Source of the DNA: Puniceicoccales bacterium
GTDB taxonomy: Bacteria; Verrucomicrobiota; Verrucomicrobiia; Opitutales; JAIRLM01
DNA length: 59,109 nt
Direction of reading: 5' to 3'
Assembly (NCBI GenBank): GCA_031290195.1
Contig: JAITOA010000018.1
Location: 1-59,109, forward strand
Both the position numbers and the translations under genes were made by a program. Positions within the stretch are counted from its first letter, which is position 1; the number at the start of each line of letters is the position of its first letter. The notes beneath the pieces were generated by a model. That model searched no databases. It was not told the DNA's origin and saw only the letters and a program-made list of their open reading frames with translations. Below, in pieces: positions 17,156-27,807 of the stretch.

Positions 17156-19693
17156 ATGGAGTCTATGGAGGGGAAAAATCGATTTACGCCGCGGATGCAG
17201 CGGGTTTTGGACGGAGCCCGCAGGGAAGCGCTGCGGCTGCAGGATAATGTGGTGGCGTCGGAACACCTTCTTCTTGCCCTGCTGCGGCTGTCAGAAAGTA
17301 CGGCCGCAGAAGCGCTGGAAGCGTTTGGGATTGGTCCGGCCCAGGTACGAGACGTGCTTTTGCAGCGAATGTGGACATCTGGAGGTCACTCATCCGGAGC
17401 CATAGAAATGCCTCCGGATGGACCGACAAACGTTGCCCCGGATGCCCAGACCGCCGTAATGCTGGCATCGGCGGAATCCAGCGCCATGGGCCACGAATAC
17501 ATCGGTACGGAACACTTGCTGCTCGGCTTTCTTCGGGAAATGGAGGGTCTTGCCGGAAAAGTTCTCCGGAGCATGGGTCTCGAAGCAGATGCGTGTCGGG
17601 CGGAAATGTTGGAGATGTTTTCCCAAGACGGTGATGGGGACAGCGAAGACGATGGGGAAGAACAATTTTCCAGCCATGGGCTGATGTCTACGGGTACGGG
17701 CGCCGGTTCCCTCAATGTCCTAAAGACCTTTGGCAGCAATCTGACGGATGCAGCCCGCAATGGCGCCCTGGATCCGGTCATCGGCCGGGGAATGGAGATG
17801 GAACGCTGCGTTCAAATTCTCTGCCGGAGGACAAAAAATAATCCGGTCCTGCTGGGAGATGCCGGGGTTGGGAAGACGGCCATCGTGGAGGGATTGGCCC
17901 AGGCCATCGTCGCCGGGACGGTTCCAGAAATATTGCGAAGCCGACAGATCTATGCCCTAGATCTTCCCCTCATGGTGGCCGGAACGAAATTTCGTGGCCA
18001 ATTCGAAGAACGGCTGAAGGCGGTCATGGGGGAATTAAAGCGGCACGGCGAGATAATTCTCTTTCTCGATGAGCTGCATACCATCGTTGGGGCAGGCAAC
18101 GGAGAAGGGTCCATGGACGCTGCCAATATTTTGAAGCCGGCCCTGGCCCGTGGGGAAATTCAGTGCCTCGGGGCAACAACCCATGCGGAATTTCGAAAAT
18201 TTATGGAGAGAGATGCAGCCTTGGAACGCCGCTTCCAGCCCGTGATCGTCGGAGAGCCCACCGTCGGAGATGCCCTGGCCATGCTGCGAGGAATTAGCAA
18301 AAAATATGAGGAGCACCACGGCATTATTTACGGACCGAGGACCTTGGAAGCTTGTGTTCAGTTGTCCGAGCGGTACATCGGGGATCGGCAGCTACCGGAT
18401 AAGGCCATTGACATTATGGATGAGGCCGGTTCCCGGGTACGCCTCCGGGGTCTGGAGGAGCCGAAGGTCATGCGGAAACTAAAAGTGCGCCGGGAATTGG
18501 TCCGGAAGGAAAAATTGGATGCGGTGCAATTGCAGGATTTTGAAAGGGCAGCCCTTCTGAGGGACGAAGAACGATTTTTGGTTGCCAGCTACGAACAAAG
18601 AGAAAAAAAATGGAAACGGGAACGGGAGCGGAAAGTTCCGGTGGTCCGCGAGGAGGATATCCGGGAGGTAGTCAGTGCCTGGGCCAAAGTTCCCCTCCAG
18701 CATCTTAATCGGAAGCAGGCGGAGCGTCTTTTGAATCTGCGTGACATTTTACAGGAGTCTGTTCTTGGCCAGGAGGAGTCCATTGCTGCCCTTGCCCGGG
18801 CCATTCGCCGTTCCCAGGCCCAGCTGCGGGATCCACGCCGTCCCATCGGCTCTTTTCTCTTTCTTGGCCCGACGGGAGTTGGAAAAACGCTGCTTGCCCG
18901 CAAATTGGCGGAGCAGCTTTTCGGCCACGAGGAGGACGTAATTCAAATTGACATGTCCGAGTACATGGAAAAATTTTCCGTGAGTCGATTGGTTGGTTCC
19001 CCGCCCGGCTACATCGGTCACGGAGAGGGTGGACAGTTGACGGAGCAGGTGCGGCGCCGGCCCTACTCCGTGGTGCTCTTCGATGAAATAGAAAAAGCCC
19101 ACCCGGAGATGGTGCAAATTCTGTTGCAAGTTTTGGAAGATGGACGGCTGACGGATAGCCTTGGGAAGATCGCCAATTTTCGCAATTCGCTGATCATCAT
19201 GACGTCCAACATTGGAGCCGACTATTTCCTAAAGGATTCCACCGTGGGTTTTGGCGCGGACATGGGTGCGGGAAGCTTCGATCGAGTTCGAGAGCGGGTT
19301 TTGGAGGAGGCCCGCCGGGCCCTCAAGCCGGAATTCCTCAACCGCTTCACGGACATCCTGGTCTTTCGTCCCCTCGGAGGTGACCAAATGCGTGGAATTC
19401 TTCACCTGGAGCTTGATAAGCTGCGGCGGCGCATGGCCGGGGAAAACTTTTCTCTGAAACTGACGGAGGCAGCGGAGAGATTTCTCATCGACCGCGGCTT
19501 TGACCTCCGCTACGGCGCGCGCACTCTCCGCCGAGTCCTGGAGGAATTTTTAGAAGACCCGCTGGCGGAGCAAATTTTGCCAATGAAAGATGAAGGTACT
19601 GGCGGCACTTTTTCCGTGGATGCAGAGTCCGGAGGACTTCGAGTGCACTTTTCGCCGAAGAAGCGGGCTGGCACCGTCTCAAGAGTTCACTGA
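17156..19693 (+). CDS. clpC: ATP-dependent Clp protease ATP-binding subunit ClpC
   Basis: Two Clp_N repeats, two AAA+ modules ([15 protein letters not shown]; [15 protein letters not shown]), and a short middle domain with UVR-like [13 protein letters not shown], which is typical of ClpC rather than ClpB. Confidence 0.93.
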   Translation: MESMEGKNRFTPRMQRVLDGARREALRLQDNVVASEHLLLALLRLSESTAAEALEAFGIGPAQVRDVLLQRMWTSGGHSSGAIEMPPDGPTNVAPDAQTAVMLASAESSAMGHEYIGTEHLLLGFLREMEGLAGKVLRSMGLEADACRAEMLEMFSQDGDGDSEDDGEEQFSSHGLMSTGTGAGSLNVLKTFGSNLTDAARNGALDPVIGRGMEMERCVQILCRRTKNNPVLLGDAGVGKTAIVEGLAQAIVAGTVPEILRSRQIYALDLPLMVAGTKFRGQFEERLKAVMGELKRHGEIILFLDELHTIVGAGNGEGSMDAANILKPALARGEIQCLGATTHAEFRKFMERDAALERRFQPVIVGEPTVGDALAMLRGISKKYEEHHGIIYGPRTLEACVQLSERYIGDRQLPDKAIDIMDEAGSRVRLRGLEEPKVMRKLKVRRELVRKEKLDAVQLQDFERAALLRDEERFLVASYEQREKKWKRERERKVPVVREEDIREVVSAWAKVPLQHLNRKQAERLLNLRDILQESVLGQEESIAALARAIRRSQAQLRDPRRPIGSFLFLGPTGVGKTLLARKLAEQLFGHEEDVIQIDMSEYMEKFSVSRLVGSPPGYIGHGEGGQLTEQVRRRPYSVVLFDEIEKAHPEMVQILLQVLEDGRLTDSLGKIANFRNSLIIMTSNIGADYFLKDSTVGFGADMGAGSFDRVRERVLEEARRALKPEFLNRFTDILVFRPLGGDQMRGILHLELDKLRRRMAGENFSLKLTEAAERFLIDRGFDLRYGARTLRRVLEEFLEDPLAEQILPMKDEGTGGTFSVDAESGGLRVHFSPKKRAGTVSRVH

Positions 19694-19714
19694 TCGACCG
19701 CTGACGGACCACGG

Positions 19715-20962
19715 ATGGGTGGCCTGTCCGGTATTTTTTCCCGTCTTCTTCTTTTCCGTCTTGTGAATTTTAGACGGAAAAATGTCTGTCCATGGGCTAT
19801 TTTTCCAAGATCAAATTTTTTCATTGCAACAAACTCCATTGACACAATTAGGTCCTCCGTAAAATTTCCTGATCCGGTGCCTGAAATTCTAATAGTCTTA
19901 GCCGTCATGATGGCCCTTTCCTTTGTGGCTTCCCTCCTGGACGGTGTCATCATTGGAGCAACCGTTGCGGAGGTGGAATCCCTCAAGGAGAAGTCGCCGT
20001 GGGCTGGGAATCTCTTTGAATCCTTCCAAGCCAACACGGACAGGGTTCTTTCCGCAGTTCTTGCCATCGACACCGGAGCTGCCTGCATCTGTTCGATGTT
20101 GTTGGGTTCCTTGGTGGAAAATAAATACGGTGTTCGGATGATTTTGCCGTTTTCCTGTTTTGTAACTGTCCTCTGTTTTGTATTCACGGACATTCTGCCA
20201 AAGGTGCTTGGAATCTACTACCGAAAAAAATTGCTTTATTGGTCTGTTTTCCCCCTCCGCATTATTACCTGGATTATGTTTCCCATTTCCTATGTTTGCG
20301 CGAAAATTGTGGACATTTTTCTCCCCAAAAAGAAAAATAATGGGGCTCTCTCCGACGAAGCCATCATCCTCACTGCCCGCCGCGGAGTCCGGGACGGCAT
20401 TCTTAGTAGTATCGAGGGAGATATGGTGGAGCATACGCTTACCTTGGACGATGTTGAGGTGGAAATAATTACCCAGAAGAAGATTTTTTCCATAGGAGCG
20501 GCCCAGACAATCGGGCAAGTTTTCCGAAGATATCCGGAAATTCCCTACGGTCGCATCCCCGTCTTCGAAGGGGAGCGGAGCAATGTTATTGGCATTGTCC
20601 ACCGACGGGAGCTGCTCAGGGCCCTCGCCGCCGACGAGCATGAAAGAACGGTGAAATCCATGGTTCGAAAAATAGTTCGCGTCCCAAAAAATGCGAAGAT
20701 TTCCAGCGTTCTGGAAATTCTTTTGCAGCATTTTCAACAAATTGCCCTCGTCGAAGGGGAAAATTGTGCCGTCGTCGGAGTTGTCACCATCGAAGACATC
20801 TTCGAGTACATCATCGGTCGCGACATCTTCGAATACGATGACCTTTCCAATCTTTCCCGGAATGATGCCAGAAAGCTACGCCTCCTCCGGAAGAAAAGAG
20901 TCGCTGCGGAATCGCCGCCACGACCCACACGGAGGCGCCGCGGCGAAGGCGGCGCCTCCTAG
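19715..20962 (+). CDS. CNNM/CorC-family transporter (DUF21 membrane domain + CBS pair)
   Basis: TM region ILIVLAVMMALSFVASLLDG..VLAIDTGAACICS is followed by two CBS-like repeats (..YGRIPVFEGERSNVIGIVHRRELL.., ..VVGVVTIEDIFEYIIG). The start codon is uncertain and is probably downstream of 19715. Confidence 0.85.
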   Translation: MGGLSGIFSRLLLFRLVNFRRKNVCPWAIFPRSNFFIATNSIDTIRSSVKFPDPVPEILIVLAVMMALSFVASLLDGVIIGATVAEVESLKEKSPWAGNLFESFQANTDRVLSAVLAIDTGAACICSMLLGSLVENKYGVRMILPFSCFVTVLCFVFTDILPKVLGIYYRKKLLYWSVFPLRIITWIMFPISYVCAKIVDIFLPKKKNNGALSDEAIILTARRGVRDGILSSIEGDMVEHTLTLDDVEVEIITQKKIFSIGAAQTIGQVFRRYPEIPYGRIPVFEGERSNVIGIVHRRELLRALAADEHERTVKSMVRKIVRVPKNAKISSVLEILLQHFQQIALVEGENCAVVGVVTIEDIFEYIIGRDIFEYDDLSNLSRNDARKLRLLRKKRVAAESPPRPTRRRRGEGGAS

Positions 20963-21044
20963 GTCGAGACGGATCCATTTTTAATGGGAGCAAATTGGGA
21001 AATTTTTCCCTTTACAGGGCTTCTGCCGGTCCAAGGATTGCCCC

Positions 21045-21788
21045 GTGGAATTTTCCATAGCTATTCCGGCGCGCCTTGGGTCTATCCGTTTGCCGGGAAA
21101 GGTGTTGGCTGATCTTTGCGGAAAACCGGTGCTACGTCACGTATGGGAAAGGGCCATTGGGATCAGCGGCGTCGGTGAGGTCGTCGTCCTCACGGAGTCG
21201 GAGAAGGTGCAGCGGGCCGTTGAATCGTGGGGAGGCGTGTGCCACATGACTCCGGAGACCTGTGGCAGTGGAACGGAACGCATTGGAACGGCAATCGGGA
21301 AGCTGCGAGGTGATTACATATTTAATGTGCAAGGGGATGAGCCCTTTTTTGACGGGGAACTCATCGGCCTCATGGTCCAACGGACCCGTAAAAGGCAGGA
21401 CTTCGACGTCCTCACCCCGATTTTCCCCATCCGGGATAACAAATTGTTGGAAAGTTCCAACGTGGTTAAGGTAATAACAGATTACTCCGACCGTGCCCTG
21501 TACTTTTCCCGCTGTCCCGTTCCGTTCATTCGGGATTGTCCACAGGAGCAATGGTTGTCACGCGACCTACACCGAGGTCACCTGGGAATCTACCTCTACC
21601 GTCGGGAAATTTTAGAGAAATTTTGCCAATTGCCGCCGAGTCCCCTCGCGGCGGCGGAGAGCCTGGAGCAGCTGCGGCTGCTCCAGATGGGACATTGCAT
21701 CCGGACAATTGTTGCCGAAAAGTTTGCTCCGGCCATCGACGTTCCGGAGGACCTCATTTTTGCCAGGAAAATTCTTTCCCGGAGATAG
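21045..21788 (+). CDS. kdsB: 3-deoxy-manno-octulosonate cytidylyltransferase (CMP-Kdo synthetase)
   Basis: Motifs AIPARLGSIRLPGKVLADLCGKP, NVQGDEPF and LEQLRLLQMG. GTG start. Confidence 0.92.
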   Translation: MEFSIAIPARLGSIRLPGKVLADLCGKPVLRHVWERAIGISGVGEVVVLTESEKVQRAVESWGGVCHMTPETCGSGTERIGTAIGKLRGDYIFNVQGDEPFFDGELIGLMVQRTRKRQDFDVLTPIFPIRDNKLLESSNVVKVITDYSDRALYFSRCPVPFIRDCPQEQWLSRDLHRGHLGIYLYRREILEKFCQLPPSPLAAAESLEQLRLLQMGHCIRTIVAEKFAPAIDVPEDLIFARKILSRR

Positions 21789-21833
21789 AATGGAGGATTT
21801 TTTTCGGAATTCCGGTAAAATTTAAGGGTTGTC

Positions 21834-22733
21834 ATGGTGGATTTTCTTCTCGTCGACGGCCATCACCTTGCCTTTCGAAGTTTCTATGGCATTGGCGACC
21901 TCACCCGCAGCGACGGTTTCCCAACGGGTGCCCTCTACGGCTTCATAAAGGCTATCTGGCATCTGCAAGACTTGCTTGTTCCCTGCCACACCGTAGTATT
22001 TTTTGACAATGGCCGCTCCGCCAAGCGTCGGGAACTTTTCCCAGAGTATAAGGCCCATCGGAGTCCCATGCCGGAGGAATTGCGCCTGCAACTCCCCCAC
22101 ATCCGGGAGGTAGTCCAGGTTCTTGGTGCCATAAAAATCGAAGAATTGGAGGTGGAGGCCGACGATCTCCTGGCGTCCCTGGCTGTCCGGGAGGCCAATC
22201 GGGGAAAATCCGTCGCCATCGCCAGTTCCGACAAGGATTTTGCACAGATTATCTCCGGTCGCATTACCCTCTGGTATCCTCCAACGTCCTACGGCAATTC
22301 CGCCAAATGGATTCCCGTGGACAGTGCTGCCGCTAAAGAAAAATTCGGCGTCGAGCCCCCATCTATGGTGGACTACCTGTGCCTCGTCGGCGACGCGGCA
22401 GACAACATCCGGGGCGTTGCCGGCATCGGAGTAAAGACCGCGGCAAAGTGGCTACAAGCCTACGGCTCCATCGAGGAAATTGGTCGGCATCTTTCGGAAC
22501 TCCCTCCGCGGCTCGCGAAAAATTTTTCCGAGTCGGCAGCATTGCTGGAACGTAATCGACGTCTCATCCGTTTCGATCTTTCGCTTCCAATCCAGGAAAT
22601 TTTCGACTGCACCATCGACAGGGAAAGACTTTTGGAATTTCTCCGCCAATTCGAATTCAATGGCCTCCTTCGAAAGGCCATGGGGCGCCGCGGCACTCGG
22701 AAGCAAGTGCAAATGACGCTAGGTTCTCAGTAG
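21834..22733 (+). CDS. stand-alone 5'-3' exonuclease (Pol I N-terminal/FEN-like domain)
   Basis: Motifs LLVDGHHLAFRSFY, DKDFAQI, and the H3TH motif LVGDAADNIRGVAGIGVKTAAKWL. 299 aa with no polymerase domain. Confidence 0.9.
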   Translation: MVDFLLVDGHHLAFRSFYGIGDLTRSDGFPTGALYGFIKAIWHLQDLLVPCHTVVFFDNGRSAKRRELFPEYKAHRSPMPEELRLQLPHIREVVQVLGAIKIEELEVEADDLLASLAVREANRGKSVAIASSDKDFAQIISGRITLWYPPTSYGNSAKWIPVDSAAAKEKFGVEPPSMVDYLCLVGDAADNIRGVAGIGVKTAAKWLQAYGSIEEIGRHLSELPPRLAKNFSESAALLERNRRLIRFDLSLPIQEIFDCTIDRERLLEFLRQFEFNGLLRKAMGRRGTRKQVQMTLGSQ

Positions 22734-23743
22734 ACGTCTTTCTGGTAGTGGCGGCTACGGCGCAGTTCCTCCACCCGGGCAAGTGCAGTTTCCCGGGTAA
22801 GTCCTCCGTGGAGGGCGAAGATGGCGACGAGGGCCATTTCCACATCCTTTGCCATGCGATCTGCGTTTCCGCAGACGTAAAAGTGGGCGCCGGTCTCTAT
22901 CCAGCGGTACAATTCTGCTCCATTCTCCAGAATGCGGTCCTGCACATAGATTTTTTGTTCCTGGTCGCGGGAAAATGCAAGATCGAGACGGGAAAGAAGT
23001 CCTTCGCGGAGATAATCTTCCAAGGTTTCCCGAAAGATAAAGTCCGTTCTTTGGTGCCGATCTCCAAAGAAAAGCCAGCTGCGCCCCACCTTTTTACCGC
23101 CGCTCCGTTCCCTCCACCGCTGTCCTAGAAACCCCACGAACGGAGCAATCCCGGTACCAGGGCCGACCATGATAATATCCACTTCACCTTTCTCTGGCAG
23201 CCGGAAGCGGGATTTTACCGGATAGCAGCGCAGGGAATCCCCCACCCGAAGGCGGCGATTGAGGTAACCCGATGCTACTCCAAAAATTTTTTCACCATCA
23301 GTGTTTTGGTAAGTCTCCGTTGCCACTACCAATTGCACGGAATTTGGGTCGGTGAGTGGACTCGAAGCAATGGAATACATGCGGGGTTGCAGCGATTTCA
23401 GTGTAGGTAGTAGAGTTTCAATTACCCCTGCCAGATTGCCACATTCTGGGTTTACCCGACCAATCTCCCAGTGGTCGGCGAGGGCCGCGCGCAGGGGTAT
23501 TTTTCCGTCCATTCCACGAACGGCCACCGGTTCCTCCCCGGACGCGCCGAGTTGTTTTAAAAATTTCTCCACGAACTCCGGTGAATTTTTTGGCAAAATT
23601 CCCAGCCAATCCCCCGGTTCATAGTCAAAAGGTACCGGTGCCGTGATGGTGAGTTGGCAAATTTCCCTATCACTTTCCTTCCCGGAAAGACGTTTTCGTT
23701 CGGCTAGCTCGGCGACGATAGGTGTATCTTTCCCAGGTCCCAT
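22727..23743 (-). CDS. CysJ/diflavin-reductase-like FAD/NADPH-binding oxidoreductase (no flavodoxin domain)
   Basis: Motifs RMYSIASSP, GVASGYL, MVGPGTGIAPFVGF, FYVCGNADRMAKDV and the C-terminal RYQKDVY. ATG 23743 is preferred, but the ORF is open to 23857. Confidence 0.88.
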   Translation of the reverse strand: MGPGKDTPIVAELAERKRLSGKESDREICQLTITAPVPFDYEPGDWLGILPKNSPEFVEKFLKQLGASGEEPVAVRGMDGKIPLRAALADHWEIGRVNPECGNLAGVIETLLPTLKSLQPRMYSIASSPLTDPNSVQLVVATETYQNTDGEKIFGVASGYLNRRLRVGDSLRCYPVKSRFRLPEKGEVDIIMVGPGTGIAPFVGFLGQRWRERSGGKKVGRSWLFFGDRHQRTDFIFRETLEDYLREGLLSRLDLAFSRDQEQKIYVQDRILENGAELYRWIETGAHFYVCGNADRMAKDVEMALVAIFALHGGLTRETALARVEELRRSRHYQKDVY

Positions 23744-23928
23744 GGAATAAAGCTGCAGGAAAAAAATAGCCAATGGCAAACAATAAGGTCCATTTTGGGC
23801 CATTTCTCTGGAAAATATGATGGGAAAATTCTTGACGAGGGGCCCGGTGAAACTCAAATGCCAGCCTCAAAATGTTAATTTCCCCACCTTCTCCTCCGGA
23901 GCCACGGTGCCAGTGCAAAAAAGGTCCG

Positions 23929-24429
23929 ATGGAGATCCGCCACTTTGGGGCGCGGGTTTTTCTCTACGATCCTGTGACAGCGGCGTTTCTGCTAGTCCGC
24001 CACCGGAGGCATGGTTTTTGGGTGGAACCGGGGGGGCACGTGGATGGGAATGAGCGCCCCGATGGGGCTGCCGTGAGGGAGGTCCGCGAAGAAACGGGGA
24101 TGGAAGTTCAACTCATCGGCGCATCGCTGCCAAAATTTCCCAGTGATTGTGAAGATTTTCTTACCCAGCCACTGGCCATCCGCAATTGCCCCATTGCTCC
24201 CGGCCACGTGCACATGGACTTCATCTATGCAGGAATTCCCGTTGGTGGCTCCCTGAATTTTTCCGAGAGAAAGCCGGAAGACGTTGGATGGTTTCCATTG
24301 GAAGAAATTGTACGGGAATCTTTTTTGGCACCTGCGAATGTGCGCCTCTGGTGTCGCTATTGCGCCCAACATGTGCTACTCTACCTCCAATCACCGCTAG
24401 ACAGGAAAAATAGGGACGATGGAAAATAG
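23929..24429 (+). CDS. NUDIX hydrolase
   Basis: Nudix box GGHVDGNERPDGAAVREVREETGMEV. Confidence 0.88.
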   Translation: MEIRHFGARVFLYDPVTAAFLLVRHRRHGFWVEPGGHVDGNERPDGAAVREVREETGMEVQLIGASLPKFPSDCEDFLTQPLAIRNCPIAPGHVHMDFIYAGIPVGGSLNFSERKPEDVGWFPLEEIVRESFLAPANVRLWCRYCAQHVLLYLQSPLDRKNRDDGK

Positions 24430-25114
24430 CGTAGATCTGCGCCGACTGCAAAAATCGATCGGTTACCACTTTCATCAAAAGAAACTTCTCGAAGCGGCAA
24501 TCACACACCCCTCCTTCGATGGGGCGGTGTCCAACTACGAACGCTTGGAATTTTTCGGAGATTCCGTTCTCTCCACCATCCTCTCCGAGGAACTATATCG
24601 GCGCTATCCGGAAAAATCCGACGGCGATCTGTCCATGTACCGCACGGCTCTCACCAATGGGCGTTTTCTAGCGGAATTGGCACGGGAATTGGAGTTAGGG
24701 ACATTCATTCGCACGAAGGCCATCATTAACCCTCAGCAGCGAGATTCTATCCATGAAAATGCCTTGGAGGCCATCATAGGTGCCATGTTTTTGGATTCCA
24801 AGTACTCTAAGGTGCGAAAGACCGTTCTGCGCTGGTATGATCCCTTCGCCGAACGACTGGAACGGGAACTGAAACGCACGAATCCCAAGGGGCGCATCCA
24901 GGAACTAATCTGTTCCCTACGACCAAATTCCGTCCTTGATTACCGACTCATTGCAGAGACAGGAGAGGACCATGAACGGGTCTATAGCATTGCTCTCTAC
25001 TGCGAAAATGAACTTCTTGGAATTGGCTCCGGGTCCAGCAAAAAGGTCGCTGAGAAAAATGCCGCCTTCCACGCCCTGGAGGTCATTTTCCAGCGGGCAA
25101 AGCTGCAAATTTGA
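24419..25114 (+). CDS. rnc: ribonuclease III
   Basis: Signature ERLEFFGDSVL plus a C-terminal dsRBD (GSGSSKKVAEKNAAFHAL). Overlaps the NUDIX gene by 11 nt. Confidence 0.95.
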   Translation: MENSVDLRRLQKSIGYHFHQKKLLEAAITHPSFDGAVSNYERLEFFGDSVLSTILSEELYRRYPEKSDGDLSMYRTALTNGRFLAELARELELGTFIRTKAIINPQQRDSIHENALEAIIGAMFLDSKYSKVRKTVLRWYDPFAERLERELKRTNPKGRIQELICSLRPNSVLDYRLIAETGEDHERVYSIALYCENELLGIGSGSSKKVAEKNAAFHALEVIFQRAKLQI

Positions 25115-25140
25115 TAATCTCCCGTGATCAGTGAAAGGGC

Positions 25141-25734
25141 TTACGGGAAGCAGGGACGTGCCCAGTCAAAAACGCACTGGCAAAGGACGGGAATGACGGC
25201 AATGCGCTCCAGGGGAGCTGCGGCCTGGAGGGAAGTAACTTTTTGGGAACACTGACCCTGCAGCGTATTATCGTGGACAAGATTGAGCCCAATGCCAACG
25301 GCAAGGCCGTCCCCATCTGTTTCGAGAAGGATGCCGCCCACTTTGGCCCCATCCAACAAAAGATCGTTGGGCAGCTTGACCTTCAGGACTATGGAGAATT
25401 GACGGGCAAATGCATCGGCAATGGCCATAGCCAACTCCGTGGACAGGGGCCCAATGTCCCTGTCTGGGGCAAAATTTGGGAGCCCCAATGTGAGGTAGAT
25501 GTTGCCTGTCTGCGAACTAATCCAGCGGCGACCGTGCCGACCCCGTCCCGCCGTCTGCCTTTCTGCCAGTACGAAAATAGGACATTTTTTCCGACGAAGG
25601 AGGTCCCTTGCCACATCCATGGTACTACCCGTTTCATCGAGAAAATAAAAATCCCAATTCACCGGTCCCGTTGACAAAATTTTCTTCAGTTGCTCCGAAA
25701 AATCCCCTCCAGCAGCATCTTGATCCATTGACAT
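25141..25734 (-). CDS. birA: biotin-[acetyl-CoA-carboxylase] ligase (no HTH domain)
   Basis: LDETGSTMDVA and RQTAGRGRHGRRWIS form the BPL signature. The start is chosen among ATGs at 25728, 25734 and 25764; the longer ORF is Arg-rich and overlaps the divergent gene. Confidence 0.88.
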   Translation of the reverse strand: MSMDQDAAGGDFSEQLKKILSTGPVNWDFYFLDETGSTMDVARDLLRRKKCPIFVLAERQTAGRGRHGRRWISSQTGNIYLTLGLPNFAPDRDIGPLSTELAMAIADAFARQFSIVLKVKLPNDLLLDGAKVGGILLETDGDGLAVGIGLNLVHDNTLQGQCSQKVTSLQAAAPLERIAVIPVLCQCVFDWARPCFP

Positions 25735-26395
25735 GAACCCCAATGCCGGCTTTATTGCCTCCATGTCAACGGAAAATGTTTCGAAAAGCGAGACCGTCGG
25801 CGAAACCTCCTGGGTTGATCGAACGTTCCTGTTTGTCTGCGCGCACCGGCGAATTTTTCTACGGACTTTAATTTTGGTCCTATTCCTACTTCTGGGTGTT
25901 GGGGGGAGCGCCCACTGGAAAAAATATCGGATGGGCCGCATGCAGGAAAAATTTTTGGCGGCATTGGAATCTCCGGATGCGTTGCAGCGCTTTGCCGGCC
26001 ACTATCGCACCAAACCTCTGGGAGCGCTGGCGGCCTACATGCTAGGGAATAGGGCTCTGCGCATGGGGGAGTTTGCCGCCGCCGCCCATCACTTTTTTGC
26101 TGCCTCGGGAATTCTGTCTAACACGGAATTCGACGGCGTGGCCACCCTCGCCGCCGCCGTTGCTTCCATCCGGGATGGAGAAACCCAGTGGGCCCGGGAA
26201 AAACTCACCCGTCTGGCCTCCGATGAGGATCAAATCTCCGTCGTGCGGGCCGGGGCCGTTTACATGCAGGCATTGCTAGCCTACGAGGAAGGGGACCTGG
26301 AGTCTGCACGCACCTCTGCAGATAGCATTGCCCATCTACCATCTTCAGGAATTTGGGGTACGAAGGCTGCCATTCTTGCGGCCGCCCTCCGGTAA
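25733..26395 (+). CDS. membrane-anchored helical-repeat (TPR/YfgM-like) protein, hypothetical
   Basis: A single N-terminal TM segment (LRTLILVLFLLLGVGG) is followed by an Ala-rich helical-repeat region. Only a weak family impression. Confidence 0.55.
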   Translation: MNPNAGFIASMSTENVSKSETVGETSWVDRTFLFVCAHRRIFLRTLILVLFLLLGVGGSAHWKKYRMGRMQEKFLAALESPDALQRFAGHYRTKPLGALAAYMLGNRALRMGEFAAAAHHFFAASGILSNTEFDGVATLAAAVASIRDGETQWAREKLTRLASDEDQISVVRAGAVYMQALLAYEEGDLESARTSADSIAHLPSSGIWGTKAAILAAALR

Positions 26396-26425
26396 TTAAA
26401 AAAGTGTCCCGCATAGGTTTTGCCC

Positions 26426-27526
26426 ATGAAAGTTGGCATCGTCGGTCTTCCCAATGTTGGAAAAAGCACACTGTTCAATGCCCTGACGCGCACTCGAAAG
26501 GCGGAAGCTCGCAACTACCCTTTCTGCACCATTGACCCCAATGTCGGCATCGTGCAGGTGCCGGACGAACGGCTTGAATTTCTCAAGGCTATGACGGGAA
26601 CAGAGGTGGTCATCCCGGCGGCCATAGAATTTGTCGACATTGCCGGATTGGTAGCCGGAGCGAGCCGCGGAGAAGGGCTGGGAAACCAATTTTTGGCCAG
26701 CATCCGAGAAATGGATGCTTTGGTCCACGTGGTTCGTTGCTTTGAGGGAGGAGATGTCCTCCACACCATGGGGGAGGTGAATGCGGAACGAGATATGGAA
26801 GTAATTCAGACGGAATTGCTTCTGGCAGACCTTGAGTCCCTTCGGACTCAGTTGGATCGGCAAAAAAAGCGTGCAAAGGCCATGGATAAGGAGGCGCTGC
26901 TTTCCTGCTCCCTGGCGGAACGACTAATTGTTCACCTGGACGAAGGGAGACCCGCCCACGGCCTACCCGTGACGGAAACGGAGGAACCGCTGCTGAAAAA
27001 ATTTTGTCTCCTCAGCGCAAAGCCCGTCCTCTACGCCTGCAACGTCGGGACCGAGGAGCTGGCTGATTCTAGGAAAAATCCCCACGTGGCCGCCGTCATT
27101 GCCCATAGCCGGGCCAATCCTCCGGCGGAAATCTGTGTCATTGGCGCCCAGCTAGAGGAAGAATTGGGAGACTTTCCTCCCGAGGAAGCTAAAAAATTTA
27201 TTGTCTCCCTGGGGATTGGTGGAAGCGGCGTCGAAGAACTTATCCGAAAGGCCTACAAATTGCTTCATCTGGCATCATTTTTCACGGCTGGAATCCAGGA
27301 GGTGCGGGCGTGGACGTTCCGCGAGGGCATGCGGGCACCGGCCTGTGCGGGGGTGATCCACGGCGACTTCGAGCGGGGGTTTATCAAAGCGGAAATCGTT
27401 TCCTTTGGGGACCTCCGCCGCCACGGAACCGTCGCCGAGGCACGGGCCGCCGGCCGCTACCGCATGGAGGGCCGCGACTATGTTTTTCAGGACGGAGACG
27501 TGGTCCATTTTCGCTTTTCCAAGTAA
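26426..27526 (+). CDS. ychF: redox-regulated ATPase YchF (Obg-like)
   Basis: MKVGIVGLPNVGKSTLFNALT, DIAGLVAGASRGEGLGNQFL and the C-terminal TGS-like GDVVHFRF. Confidence 0.96.
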   Translation: MKVGIVGLPNVGKSTLFNALTRTRKAEARNYPFCTIDPNVGIVQVPDERLEFLKAMTGTEVVIPAAIEFVDIAGLVAGASRGEGLGNQFLASIREMDALVHVVRCFEGGDVLHTMGEVNAERDMEVIQTELLLADLESLRTQLDRQKKRAKAMDKEALLSCSLAERLIVHLDEGRPAHGLPVTETEEPLLKKFCLLSAKPVLYACNVGTEELADSRKNPHVAAVIAHSRANPPAEICVIGAQLEEELGDFPPEEAKKFIVSLGIGGSGVEELIRKAYKLLHLASFFTAGIQEVRAWTFREGMRAPACAGVIHGDFERGFIKAEIVSFGDLRRHGTVAEARAAGRYRMEGRDYVFQDGDVVHFRFSK

Positions 27527-27653
27527 CTTTTCAGTCAAATACTTTGCATCCGAATGCCAACGACCAATGGAAAATAAATAGCGGATAACCGGGAAACTTT
27601 TGCCCCCATTTCGCACTTGCCTTCCGCGGTCACCGGAGCCATCTAGGGTTCGG

Positions 27654-27725
27654 GCTTCCATAGTTCAACGGACAGAATGCCGGTCTCCGGAACCGGCGAT
27701 TTGGGTTCGAATCCCAATGGGAGCG
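27654..27725 (+). tRNA. tRNA-Arg (anticodon CCG)
   Basis: Hand-folded cloverleaf. Acceptor GCTTCCA/TGGGAGC (one G-U pair), D stem GTTC/GAAT, anticodon stem CCGGT/ACCGG with loop CTCCGGA, T arm TTGGG-TTCGAAT-CCCAA, discriminator G. CCA is not encoded. Confidence 0.9.
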
Positions 27726-27807
27726 CCGGTGGAGGAATTTACCGCCGCCGGATGCGGAGGGGTGTTGCCATTGGCATGTGTCCGCCGGGCGATGTTGGGG
27801 AGACGCC

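Noticed and set aside
19898-20740. 280-aa minus-strand ORF opposite the CNNM/CBS transporter gene
   Set aside because: The plus-strand product has recognisable DUF21 and CBS features. The antisense product has none and overlaps that gene completely.
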